The notes beneath the pieces are model-generated. The model worked only from the letters and a program-made list of their open reading frames with translations. It searched no databases and was not told the DNA's origin. Positions 9,436 to 17,826 of a DNA stretch of 64,000 nt are shown here, piece by piece. The position numbers were made by a program, and so were the translations under genes. Position 1 is the stretch's first letter. Each line of letters begins with the position of its first letter. Origin of the DNA: Candidatus Dojkabacteria bacterium (GTDB taxonomy: Bacteria; Patescibacteriota; Dojkabacteria; B142; OLB20); NCBI GenBank assembly GCA_035444565.1, contig DAOMOX010000001.1, positions 258,335 through 322,334 of the forward strand. The letters are read 5' to 3'.

Positions 9436-9862
9436 TCAAAAAGTCGAAGTATTTAAGTTCAATAATATCGGCGACAGCAAAGGTCCAGTAATCAATCTTG
9501 ATTTCAGTGGGAAAGATATTGTCGAAATGCCTGTGTTCTATAGAGAATCGGAATCCAACCCCGAAGGTCACTTTCATAAAGGTACTGATGAATCATTCGA
9601 TCCACAATATGTTTATGTTTTGAAAGGTAAAATGGAATTTACCTGTATTTACCCCGAAGGTCGAACTGAAGTTCTACTTGTTGATGAATTACATGGAATC
9701 ATACTCCCAAAGTTGGTTTACCACAGATATAAAACATTAGAATACACGATATTTTGTGAGCCCAGACTTGAGAAGTACGACATTAACAATAACGACAAAA
9801 TCATCTGCTCAGCAGAGGATTATCCAAAGATAATTTCTGAAATATTAAAAAATGAAGAGTAA
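9428..9862 (+). CDS. Small cupin-like protein, possibly a WxcM/FdtA-like sugar ketoisomerase domain protein
   Basis: The ORF track starts at 9362, overlapping rfbC in another frame. The in-frame ATG at 9428 overlaps the rfbC stop (atggctaa), so 9428 is the likelier start. ~144 aa, 'GHFHKGTDESF...YVLKGKMEF' beta-rich cupin pattern. Function uncertain. Confidence 0.4.
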   Translation: MANQKVEVFKFNNIGDSKGPVINLDFSGKDIVEMPVFYRESESNPEGHFHKGTDESFDPQYVYVLKGKMEFTCIYPEGRTEVLLVDELHGIILPKLVYHRYKTLEYTIFCEPRLEKYDINNNDKIICSAEDYPKIISEILKNEE

Positions 9863-10751
9863 AGAAGTACTAGTAATTGGAAGCCATGGATTACTTGGCT
9901 CGACGTTAGTAAAACTTTTGAAAGAAAAAGGTTACAAGGTTTCCACTTCCGATATCAGCGATGAAGATGGAATTGATATCACAAAACCAGATTCTGTTGA
10001 AAAGCAGTTTAGTAAGGTCAAGCCAGATTTTGTTGTAAACTGTGCAGCATATACAAATGTAGAGGCCTGTGAAGATCCGGACCAATACAAAATTGCGTAT
10101 GCAGTTAATGCGGAAGGACCTAAAAATCTAGCTGTTGCATCTATCAACCATAATGTAAATCTAATACATATATCCACAGATTATGTTTTTGGTGACAATG
10201 ATAAAAATGGCTACGATGAGTCTTATAGCACATTTAATCCTTTGAACAAATATGGTGAAACCAAACGCGCTGGTGAATATAATTTAGAGAAATTAAGAGG
10301 TTGTATGGAAGGCTCGTATTATTACAACCAAGGTCCTTTGTTTTATGTGGTTAGAACTTCTGCCCTTTTCGGTGAAGGTGCAACCAACTTCATTGCAAAG
10401 ATTCTGCAATTTGCAAAAGAGAAAGAGTTTCTAGAGGTGGTCACGGATGAGGTTGTAAGTCCCACTTACGTGAAAGATTTATCAGAGGGAATTATTTATA
10501 TAATCGAGAACGAGCCAAAAGGTGGGATTTACCACTACTCTGGCGAAGGTTCTTGCAGTAGAAATGAATTTGCAAAAGAGATTCTCAGATTATCTGGTAT
10601 TGATACCCCAGTGAAACCGACTACTCTAGATAAGTTTAATAGGAAAGCAAAGATTCCAAATATTTCGATATTGAAGAATACGAAGTTCCCGGAGATTAGG
10701 AGTTGGAAGGAGATGTTGGCGGAGTTTATGAATTCAGAATTCAGAGTTTAG
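9852..10751 (+). CDS. rfbD: dTDP-4-dehydrorhamnose reductase
   Basis: 299 aa. 'VLVIGSHGLLGSTL' Rossmann, 'HISTDYVFGD' RmlD motif, YxxxK region 'YGETKRAGE'. Confidence 0.8.
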   Translation: MKSKEVLVIGSHGLLGSTLVKLLKEKGYKVSTSDISDEDGIDITKPDSVEKQFSKVKPDFVVNCAAYTNVEACEDPDQYKIAYAVNAEGPKNLAVASINHNVNLIHISTDYVFGDNDKNGYDESYSTFNPLNKYGETKRAGEYNLEKLRGCMEGSYYYNQGPLFYVVRTSALFGEGATNFIAKILQFAKEKEFLEVVTDEVVSPTYVKDLSEGIIYIIENEPKGGIYHYSGEGSCSRNEFAKEILRLSGIDTPVKPTTLDKFNRKAKIPNISILKNTKFPEIRSWKEMLAEFMNSEFRV

Positions 10752-10764
10752 CATCGAAACCAGG

Positions 10765-11200
10765 AAAACCCCTCACTGCTGTCTCTCCGCGGCCTGACCG
10801 CGGAGTCCCGTATACTTTCTCAATCGCACTTGTAGGGAAAACGGGTTCCCGTGGTCAAGCCACGGGAAGACCTTGAGGTTGGGATGATTGTTAATGAACG
10901 GAATGACCTCGGTGATCGTTCTCTTGGGAATACCCCACTCGGCGTCTCTCCGCGGTTACCTGCCCTGCCGAAAAGGAGGGATCGCATAGTCTTGCATATC
11001 TTCCCAGACGCACTTGTTAGTAAAACGGGATTCCGTGCTTAAAGCACGGAATGACCTTGAAAATGGATTTCAAAGGAATACCCCACTCGGCGTCTCTCCG
11101 CGGTTTAACCGCGGAGTCCCGTATACTCTCCCGAACGTACCAATATGAATAACGGGATTCCGCGGTCAAACCGCGGAATGACCTCGAGGTTGGGATTTCC
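10765..11200 (-). repeat. Array 3 of the composite palindromic repeat (about 3 units, inverted orientation relative to array 1; one B copy carries the nested insert)
   Basis: Reverse complement of the array-1 unit. Palindromes at ~10783-10805, ~10846-10868, ~11028-11050, ~11094-11116, ~11160-11182. The insert-bearing copy is 'ctctccgcggttacctgccctgccgaaaaggagggatcgcatagtc' at ~10950-10995. It fills the whole rfbD-rfbB intergenic space. Confidence 0.85.
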
Positions 11201-11276
11201 TGTTAGAACACAAAATGACACGAGCATGGTTTTCCCTGTATAATAATCCCAAATATATTTCATCTACTCTCGAATT

Positions 11277-12296
11277 ATGAACATACTAATCACTGGCGGG
11301 GCGGGTTTTATCGGCTCGAACTTTACGAAATACTGGGCTGATAAATATTCTGATGATAATATCGTTGTTTACGATAAGCTCACTTACGCAGGCAATAAAG
11401 AAAACCTAAAAGAGCTTTTCGACAATCCAAAGTTCAGCTTTGTTGAAGGTGATATTGTTGATGGAGAATTGTTTGAGAAAACTATTGTTGATCACGAGGT
11501 AAATACAATTGTACATTTCGCTGCAGAAACACATGTTGATCGAAGTATCGAGGGACCAGAAGCATTTGTACACACAAATATCATGGGAACTTTTAGAATT
11601 CTTGAGGTTTTGAGAAAACACCCCGAGATAAGATTACACCATATTTCTACTGATGAAGTTTTTGGAGAATTACCACTTGATGAGCCTGAGGCAAAATTTA
11701 GTGAAACTACACCTTACGATCCCCGAAGTCCCTACTCTGCCTCAAAAGCAGCTTCAGATCATCTCGTGAGAGCGTATGTGAATACTTATAAAATCAAAGC
11801 AACAATTTCAAATTGTTCAAACAACTACGGACCATATTGTTTCCCTGAAAAATTGATACCGCTTACAATCACTCGAGCTATAAACGATCAGGAAATTCCA
11901 GTTTATGGTGATGGCATGCAAGTCAGAGACTGGATTCATGTTGATGATCACTGCCTTGGGGTCGACCTTATTCTCGAAAAAGGCAAACTCGGAGAAACAT
12001 ATATTTTAGGTGGTCATGGGGAAAAGCCGAACATTTATATTGTGAAAGAGATTTTAAAACTACTTGAGAAACCAGAATCATTGATTGTCCATGTAGGAGA
12101 TCGTAAGGGTCATGACAAAAGATATGCCATGGACTTCACAAAAGCTAAAAACGAGCTGGGTTTTGAACCACAGAAACCATTAGAAAAACGATTAGAGGAA
12201 ACTGTGCAATGGTACGTAGATAACCAAGAATGGTGGGCACCACTTAAAGCAGAAGGTGATAGAATTGCCGAAAGCTATCTAAAAAATAGAATCTAA
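11277..12296 (+). CDS. rfbB: dTDP-glucose 4,6-dehydratase
   Basis: 339 aa. 'MNILITGGAGFIGSNF', 'HISTDEVFG', 'YSASKAASDHLV' (YxxxK), 'GDGMQVRDWIHVDDH'. Classic RmlB. Confidence 0.9.
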   Translation: MNILITGGAGFIGSNFTKYWADKYSDDNIVVYDKLTYAGNKENLKELFDNPKFSFVEGDIVDGELFEKTIVDHEVNTIVHFAAETHVDRSIEGPEAFVHTNIMGTFRILEVLRKHPEIRLHHISTDEVFGELPLDEPEAKFSETTPYDPRSPYSASKAASDHLVRAYVNTYKIKATISNCSNNYGPYCFPEKLIPLTITRAINDQEIPVYGDGMQVRDWIHVDDHCLGVDLILEKGKLGETYILGGHGEKPNIYIVKEILKLLEKPESLIVHVGDRKGHDKRYAMDFTKAKNELGFEPQKPLEKRLEETVQWYVDNQEWWAPLKAEGDRIAESYLKNRI

Positions 12297-12298
12297 AT

Positions 12299-12346
12299 CC
12301 ATCGATCTCGCTCCTCGACGTACTATGATGTAAGCGAGGATCGATG
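12299..12346. terminator. Candidate bidirectional hairpin terminator between convergent rfbB and the 12364-13161 gene
   Basis: Left arm ccatcgatctcgct (12299-12312) pairs with right arm agcgaggatcgatg (12333-12346), a 13/14-bp stem around a ~20-nt loop. It lies exactly between two converging stop codons. There is no strong U-run, so intrinsic-terminator function is uncertain. Confidence 0.35.
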
Positions 12347-12363
12347 AATCTTGATTTATCAAG

Positions 12364-13161
12364 CTAGCATTTCCCTATGCAAATCGTCCCATAATCAGAC
12401 GTTAAATTTAAAACACCAGCGGATTCATCTACTTTCAGCAAAGTTGTATTTCCAACCTCTCGTATCGACAAACCATTTTTAGCACCAGGTCCATCACCAC
12501 CCATTCGAATTGTAGCCTGGTCTCCACTCCACCCGATTCCAACACCTGCTAAATTGTTATTATTAGTGCTAATCGATGCACCTCCTCTAGTAGCAATGTC
12601 TCCATTTACATCCAACTTTGCAGTAGGATAGTAGTTGTCAATCCCGACCCTTGTCCCAGTAAAACTCAATGCATCATCTCCCACAAGTATCAATCTTGCA
12701 TCATAATCCGAACTTGTGTCATTGCTAAAATCAAGGTATGGAGTGCCTCTGTCACCTAGTTCGATAGAACCACCTTGATCAGGTCGGAGAATTCCACCTC
12801 CACCCCAACTAATATTTCCGCTAGGACCATTAATCATCATCCTTAGAACCTCTGAGCCTCTAGGACCCGAATAGAATTCTGTGTCAGGATAATCGGATGC
12901 ACCCCTTAATACGATTCTCGGTGTTTGTATGTTCTTAGAATCTGCAGTTGTGAACTCCATAGTATGTGGGCCACCTTTGAGTTGTTGAGTAATTCCAACA
13001 TCCATACCACCGAATCCCGCATTGAATAGGGAGAATTGATCTTGTGTTTGCCAATTTTTCGTAACTATAGCGTAGACCGTTTCATATTTGAAAGCCGTTA
13101 TCAGAAGGAGTCCAGAAAATAAAGCTATAGGAATTAGAACCAACATTCTCTTACGTCTCAT
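12364..13161 (-). CDS. Hypothetical secreted/membrane-anchored Gly/Asp/Ser-rich protein
   Basis: 265 aa. N-terminal 'MRRKRMLVLIPIALFSGLLLITAF' is a signal peptide or signal anchor. The remainder is glycine-rich and beta-rich (GGGGILRPDQGGSIELGDRG, NGDIATRGGASIS). No catalytic motif recognised. Flanked by repeat arrays 3 and 4. Confidence 0.5.
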   Translation of the reverse strand: MRRKRMLVLIPIALFSGLLLITAFKYETVYAIVTKNWQTQDQFSLFNAGFGGMDVGITQQLKGGPHTMEFTTADSKNIQTPRIVLRGASDYPDTEFYSGPRGSEVLRMMINGPSGNISWGGGGILRPDQGGSIELGDRGTPYLDFSNDTSSDYDARLILVGDDALSFTGTRVGIDNYYPTAKLDVNGDIATRGGASISTNNNNLAGVGIGWSGDQATIRMGGDGPGAKNGLSIREVGNTTLLKVDESAGVLNLTSDYGTICIGKC

Positions 13162-13278
13162 AATAGTTGTACTTTAATAAATAAAATCACTCTGCAGAGA
13201 TTTCGACTTGTTTGATTTTATTATTTTGTCTAAAGAAAATACTTTGTGTGTTGGTACAAGATATTCTGGAGAAATGAT

Positions 13279-13705
13279 GGCCGCGCTGTCTCTCCGCGGT
13301 TCAACCGCGGAGTCCCGTATGCCCTCTCGAACGCACCTATAGGAAAAACGGGATTCCGTGGTTAAACCACGGAATGACCGCGATGATGGCACCGTTAGGA
13401 ATACCCAACTCGGCGTCTCTCCGCGATTGCCTGCCCTGCCGAAAGAGAGGGGTCGCGGAGTCTCGTATACCCTCTTAATCGCACTTGTTGGGAAAACGAG
13501 ATTCCGCGGTTGAACCGCGGAATGACCTCGGAGTTAGTTTTCGATAGGAATACGCCCCCCGCTGTCTCTCCGCGGTTTAACCGCGGAGTCTCGTATACCC
13601 TCTTAATCGCACTTGATAGGAAAACGGGTTCCCGTGGTTAAACCACGGGAGGACCTCGAGGCTGGATTAGACCGGTTAAACCACGGAATGACTGTGAGCT
13701 GGATT
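13279..13705 (-). repeat. Array 4 of the composite palindromic repeat (about 3.5 units, inverted orientation; one B copy carries the nested insert)
   Basis: Palindromes tctccgcggttcaaccgcggagt, attccgtggttaaaccacggaat, attccgcggttgaaccgcggaat, tctccgcggtttaaccgcggagt and ttcccgtggttaaaccacggga, with the conserved linkers. Insert copy 'ctccgcgattgcctgccctgccgaaagagaggggtcgcggag' at ~13425-13466. A trailing partial 'ccggttaaaccacggaatgac' follows. Confidence 0.85.
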
Positions 13706-13749
13706 TTACCACCACCCATTGCTATAATTTGGGGCTTATTCCAATATAA

Positions 13750-14694
13750 ATGAAACAGAAAAAATCAATTTCCTATGTTTTGCCCGTATACAACGAACAA
13801 GAAGGCCTCGCAGAGTTTTATAATACTTTGACCAAGGCGACAGACACCATCTCAGAAAACTATAATTTTGAATACGTCTTTATAAACGACGGAAGTAAAG
13901 ATAATTCTTTTAGCATTCTACAAGAACTTTTTGAGAAAGATTCGAGAGTGAAAGTAATCAATTTCTCCAAGAACTTCGGTCACCAGATGGCAATCACAGC
14001 GGGTTTGGATATGGCAGAAGGTGATGCAGTTATAATTATGGATACTGACCTTCAGGACCCTCCAGAGGCAAGTTTGAAATTAGTAGAAAAATGGCAAGAA
14101 GGTTTTGAAGTTATTTATGCTCAACGTGAACAAAGACGTGATGGAGCTATTAAAAAATTAACAGCATATATGTTTTACAGAATTCTTGATATCTTAAGCG
14201 AAGTTAAAATCCCCAAGGATACTGGAGACTTCCGACTTCTCGACCGAAAAGTAGTATTAGAAATGAGAAGGTTCCGAGAGACTAACAGATTTATGCGGGG
14301 TTTGACATCTTATGTGGGATTTAAACAGACAGCCGTACTGTTTAACCGAGACAAGAGATTCGCAGGTGAGACACACTACCCTTTCAGGAAAATGTTCAAA
14401 TTGGCATTCGACGGAATAACCAGTTTCTCTACAGTACCACTTAAATTAATCACTCAGTTTGGTTTTTATGTTTCTTTTGTAAGCTTCTTAGGAATAATTT
14501 ATGCATTGGTTGTTAGGATTTTCTACCCAGAAATGACGGTACAAGGTACCACATTCGCTATCATTTCAGTTTTGTTTATGGGTGGAGTTCAGATGGTAAT
14601 GTTGGGAATTCTAGGCGAATATGTAGGCAGAATCTATCAAGAAGTTCAGAACAGACCTTTATATATTGTTTCTTCTGTTTTAAGTAAAAAATAA
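13750..14694 (+). CDS. Polyprenyl-phosphate glycosyltransferase, GT2 with C-terminal TM helices (GtrB/ArnC/DPM1-like)
   Basis: 314 aa. 'ISYVLPVYNEQEGL', 'INDGSKDNS', 'IIMDTDLQDPPE' (DxD). Two C-terminal hydrophobic helices, as in GtrB/GacI-type enzymes. Confidence 0.75.
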   Translation: MKQKKSISYVLPVYNEQEGLAEFYNTLTKATDTISENYNFEYVFINDGSKDNSFSILQELFEKDSRVKVINFSKNFGHQMAITAGLDMAEGDAVIIMDTDLQDPPEASLKLVEKWQEGFEVIYAQREQRRDGAIKKLTAYMFYRILDILSEVKIPKDTGDFRLLDRKVVLEMRRFRETNRFMRGLTSYVGFKQTAVLFNRDKRFAGETHYPFRKMFKLAFDGITSFSTVPLKLITQFGFYVSFVSFLGIIYALVVRIFYPEMTVQGTTFAIISVLFMGGVQMVMLGILGEYVGRIYQEVQNRPLYIVSSVLSKK

Positions 14695-14717
14695 CTATTA
14701 AATATTAAAATTTCCAT

Positions 14718-15605
14718 ATGAAAGGAATCATATTAGCCGGTGGAAAAGGCACTAGACTTAGCCCACTAACTTTGGCAACTAGTAAACAGTTAATGCCTGT
14801 TTACGATAAGCCGATGATATACTACCCACTCTCAACACTGATGCAAGCGAAGATTCAAGAGATTTTGATAATTTCCACACCGGAAGATTTACCTAGGTTC
14901 GAAAATCTACTTGGTGATGGTAGTGAATTGGGAATGAAATTCAGCTATAAAGAACAACTCGAAGCAAATGGTCTAGCACAAGCATTTGTATTAGGTGAGG
15001 AATTTATAGGATCGGACAAAGTTGCCTTGATTCTAGGAGATAATATTTTCTATGGTTCTACAATGGACGCTTCACTAATCGAACACACAGATCCTGATGG
15101 TGGTGTAGTTTTCGCTTATCACGTAAACGATGACGATGCTAGACGACTTGGTGTTATAGAATTCGATGAGGCTTTCAATGCCCTTTCAATCGAAGAAAAA
15201 CCAGCAGAACCAAAATCAAACTATGCTGTTCCTGGACTGTACTTCTATGACAATGAAGTTGTAAAAATCGCCAAATCACTTAAACCAAGTGCTAGAGGTG
15301 AATACGAAATCACTGATGTAAACAATGCTTACCTACAGAGAGGCAAATTAAAAGTAGGAGTTCTCGATCGTGGTACCGCTTGGCTAGACACTGGGACCTT
15401 CTCTTCTCTCATGCAAGCTGGTCAATTCGTACAAGTAATCGAAGAAAGACAAGGATTGAAAGTTGGTTGCATCGAAGAAATTGCTTTCAGGAATAAATTC
15501 ATTGATGCAAAACAACTTGAAAAACTCGCAGAGAAATATATGAAGAGTGGTTACGGCCAATACTTACTAGGAGTTATGGATGATAAGGTAAAAAATGGGG
15601 ATTAA
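14718..15605 (+). CDS. rfbA: Glucose-1-phosphate thymidylyltransferase
   Basis: 295 aa. '[36 protein letters not shown]' is the RmlA signature. 'LGDNIFYG' present. Confidence 0.9.
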   Translation: MKGIILAGGKGTRLSPLTLATSKQLMPVYDKPMIYYPLSTLMQAKIQEILIISTPEDLPRFENLLGDGSELGMKFSYKEQLEANGLAQAFVLGEEFIGSDKVALILGDNIFYGSTMDASLIEHTDPDGGVVFAYHVNDDDARRLGVIEFDEAFNALSIEEKPAEPKSNYAVPGLYFYDNEVVKIAKSLKPSARGEYEITDVNNAYLQRGKLKVGVLDRGTAWLDTGTFSSLMQAGQFVQVIEERQGLKVGCIEEIAFRNKFIDAKQLEKLAEKYMKSGYGQYLLGVMDDKVKNGD

Positions 15606-16344
15606 AGATTATAGCTATAATATTCTCCAATACAGAGTAAAACAAATAATCAAAAGACTGCTCAAAGGTATGGATGAGCCGTTTCTTTGTATTATCACAC
15701 CAGTGTTTGATCCATGTCTTAAAAGTCTTAAAGGACTTATCGCAGATCTTCAATATCAAACTTATGAAAATTTCATCCATGTAAGTATTGCGAATGGTAA
15801 AGAGCCTAAAATTCACAATTTAATTGAACACGTCCGCATCAACGACAAGAGATTTGTGTATGATGAAATACCTTTTGATAATAGTTATAAAGATTCCGGT
15901 CTTGTGGAAAATTTACTAATTATTAATGGAAAGCGCAGGAATTTTGTAATGTCTAAGTATGATGCACTAATGTATCTAAATATTGGAGCTGACTTCAAAC
16001 TGACCGATAATCAGATTTTCGAGAAGTTACATAATACACATATGGAGACCAGAAAAGATATTATCATTCTGGAATCAGAAGTTGCGGAGAAAAAATATCC
16101 CCTTTATCCAATTAACAAACATCGCCATATCGATCTTACAAATTTCTGCTACTCAAAGAAACTGGCTCGAACAATTCCCTATCCTGAAGATATTGACCCA
16201 GAATTTGATGTAGCAAACGACTTTAGATATTTTGATAAAATTGCGAATTTCAAAGTTCTAGAAGGCATTTATGGTCAAAAAGATGGAAGAAATTTCTATA
16301 AAACAATCGAAGACATTTATAATGAGCAACACACCAAAAAATAG
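15595..16344 (+). CDS. Hypothetical protein (possible degenerate GT2-like or nucleotide-sugar-binding fold)
   Basis: 249-aa ORF overlapping rfbA's end. '[11 protein letters not shown]' resembles a GT2 N-terminal strand but no DxD motif is clear. Confidence 0.35.
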   Translation: MGIKDYSYNILQYRVKQIIKRLLKGMDEPFLCIITPVFDPCLKSLKGLIADLQYQTYENFIHVSIANGKEPKIHNLIEHVRINDKRFVYDEIPFDNSYKDSGLVENLLIINGKRRNFVMSKYDALMYLNIGADFKLTDNQIFEKLHNTHMETRKDIIILESEVAEKKYPLYPINKHRHIDLTNFCYSKKLARTIPYPEDIDPEFDVANDFRYFDKIANFKVLEGIYGQKDGRNFYKTIEDIYNEQHTKK

Positions 16345-16963
16345 CTGGACAATATTTGGATTAAGCAACTTCTCATACGACATTTTAGATGCTATCGAAT
16401 CAAACGGAGACGAGGTTAAATATTTCATCAGAAATCAAGATGTGGATGAAAAGATTGTCAATCGGGTGCCACAAAATATCGAAATCATAGATTTAACAGA
16501 CTTCAAGCCCAGTACAGACAAGTACTTCATTGGATTTATGGATTATAGAAAAGATGCTTTGCTCAGTGAATTGTTGAAATTTAATTTGCGTTTCGACAAT
16601 ATATTTCATAAAAACTCATACATTTCTCACTACTCCACAATTGGATTTGGTAATTTCATCGGAGCAAATGCTACTATTGCTCCCAAAGTTGCATTAGGTG
16701 ACTTTAACTTCATAAATCGAAATTGTTCAGTTGGGCATCATACTGTTATTGGAAATAGAAACAAGACTGGACCGGGAGTAACAATTTGTAGCTTGTGTGA
16801 AATCGAGGATAACAATGCTTTTGGAGCAAATTGCACAATAATTCCTGAACTCAAAATCGCTTCAGAAGTGGAAATTGGCGCAGGTGCCGTGTTGACTGAG
16901 AATATTTCCGAAAGTGGTTTGTATGTAGGAATACCTGCGAAATTAGTTCAAAGAAAGGCCTAA
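16322..16963 (+). CDS. Hexapeptide-repeat sugar N/O-acetyltransferase (NeuD/PglD-like left-handed beta-helix)
   Basis: The ORF track begins at 16271. The internal Met at 16322 (MSNTPKN) is the likelier start and overlaps the upstream stop. The C-terminal half shows hexapeptide repeats: 'GANATIAPKVALGDFNFINRNCSVGHHTVIGN..GPGVTICSLCEIEDNNAFGANCTII..EVEIGAGAVL'. Confidence 0.75.
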   Translation: MSNTPKNSWTIFGLSNFSYDILDAIESNGDEVKYFIRNQDVDEKIVNRVPQNIEIIDLTDFKPSTDKYFIGFMDYRKDALLSELLKFNLRFDNIFHKNSYISHYSTIGFGNFIGANATIAPKVALGDFNFINRNCSVGHHTVIGNRNKTGPGVTICSLCEIEDNNAFGANCTIIPELKIASEVEIGAGAVLTENISESGLYVGIPAKLVQRKA

Positions 16964-17791
16964 ACGTACTCTAGTTTCCTCAATTGTAGATATTTTCAAA
17001 TCCATTAATTCTATGATCTTATTAATCCTCTCAAGCTGACTTTTGTTTGTTGCCAGTTCTTCTTTCTCTTGATTGAGATAAATATTGTCTTCTAAACCAA
17101 GTCTCACTCCTCCTCCCATTGTCAAACCCATTACATTTGCGCGAAGTTGGAATCTCCCCAGTCCAGCAAATGCCCAATGTGCATTTTTTGGAAGAAGATT
17201 TAACAACGCTGAAATATTTGTGACCTCAAGTGGTGCAGTCCCAAGATTTCCGAGGAAAATATTAAAATATGGATTTTCGTCCTTAATCATTCCTCGTTCG
17301 AGCATAAAGTTAGCTTTATGAATCATACCTGGTTCAAATATCTCAAATTCTGGCTTAATACCGTTATTTTGCATGGTAGTCGCTAATTTCTCAATCATTT
17401 CGGGAGAATTCATAGATGCGGTATTGATAAAATTCATAGAACCCATCGTCAAAGTGGCCATATCTGGCTTGATATCACCATCAAGTTCAAGCACCTCTGC
17501 TCTTTTCTCAAATTCCGACCAATTTCTTCCACTAGTACTCACGGTGATAATCACTGTGGGCTGTTTATATCGAATCCGCTTGATGATTTCTGCATAAATT
17601 TCTTTTTTCCATGTTGGTTTGCCGGATTTATCTCTAGCATGCACATGTACGATACTCGCTCCATATTTAACAGCCATATCTACATCTTCTGCAATCTCCT
17701 GAGGGGTAAGGGGAACTGATTGATTCAGTTCCTTTGTGGGGATCATGCCGGTGAGAGCGCAGTTGATGATTACTTTATCGGTTGTTTTCAT
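16943..17791 (-). CDS. BKACE-family enzyme (beta-keto acid cleavage enzyme / 3-keto-5-aminohexanoate cleavage enzyme-like, DUF849)
   Basis: 282 aa. 'KVIINCALTGMIPTK...PLTPQEIAEDV..GASIVHVHARD' matches the N-terminal TIM-barrel signature of Kce/BKACE proteins. Confidence 0.7.
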   Translation of the reverse strand: MKTTDKVIINCALTGMIPTKELNQSVPLTPQEIAEDVDMAVKYGASIVHVHARDKSGKPTWKKEIYAEIIKRIRYKQPTVIITVSTSGRNWSEFEKRAEVLELDGDIKPDMATLTMGSMNFINTASMNSPEMIEKLATTMQNNGIKPEFEIFEPGMIHKANFMLERGMIKDENPYFNIFLGNLGTAPLEVTNISALLNLLPKNAHWAFAGLGRFQLRANVMGLTMGGGVRLGLEDNIYLNQEKEELATNKSQLERINKIIELMDLKISTIEETRVRLGLSLN

Positions 17792-17826
17792 AAATTCAGT
17801 AATTCGAATTCTTTATCCCAATCAGC

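Noticed and set aside
10851-11042. ORF 10851-11042(+) and ORF 13174-13392(-)
   Set aside because: Both are entirely within repeat arrays 3 and 4. Their composition is dictated by the palindromes, so they are not credible genes.
3043-13705. Could the tandem palindromic arrays be CRISPR arrays?
   Set aside because: The units are ~128 bp and both the palindromes and the inter-palindrome linkers are conserved, so there are no unique spacers. No cas genes are nearby. Arrays occur in both orientations at four sites. This is inconsistent with CRISPR.
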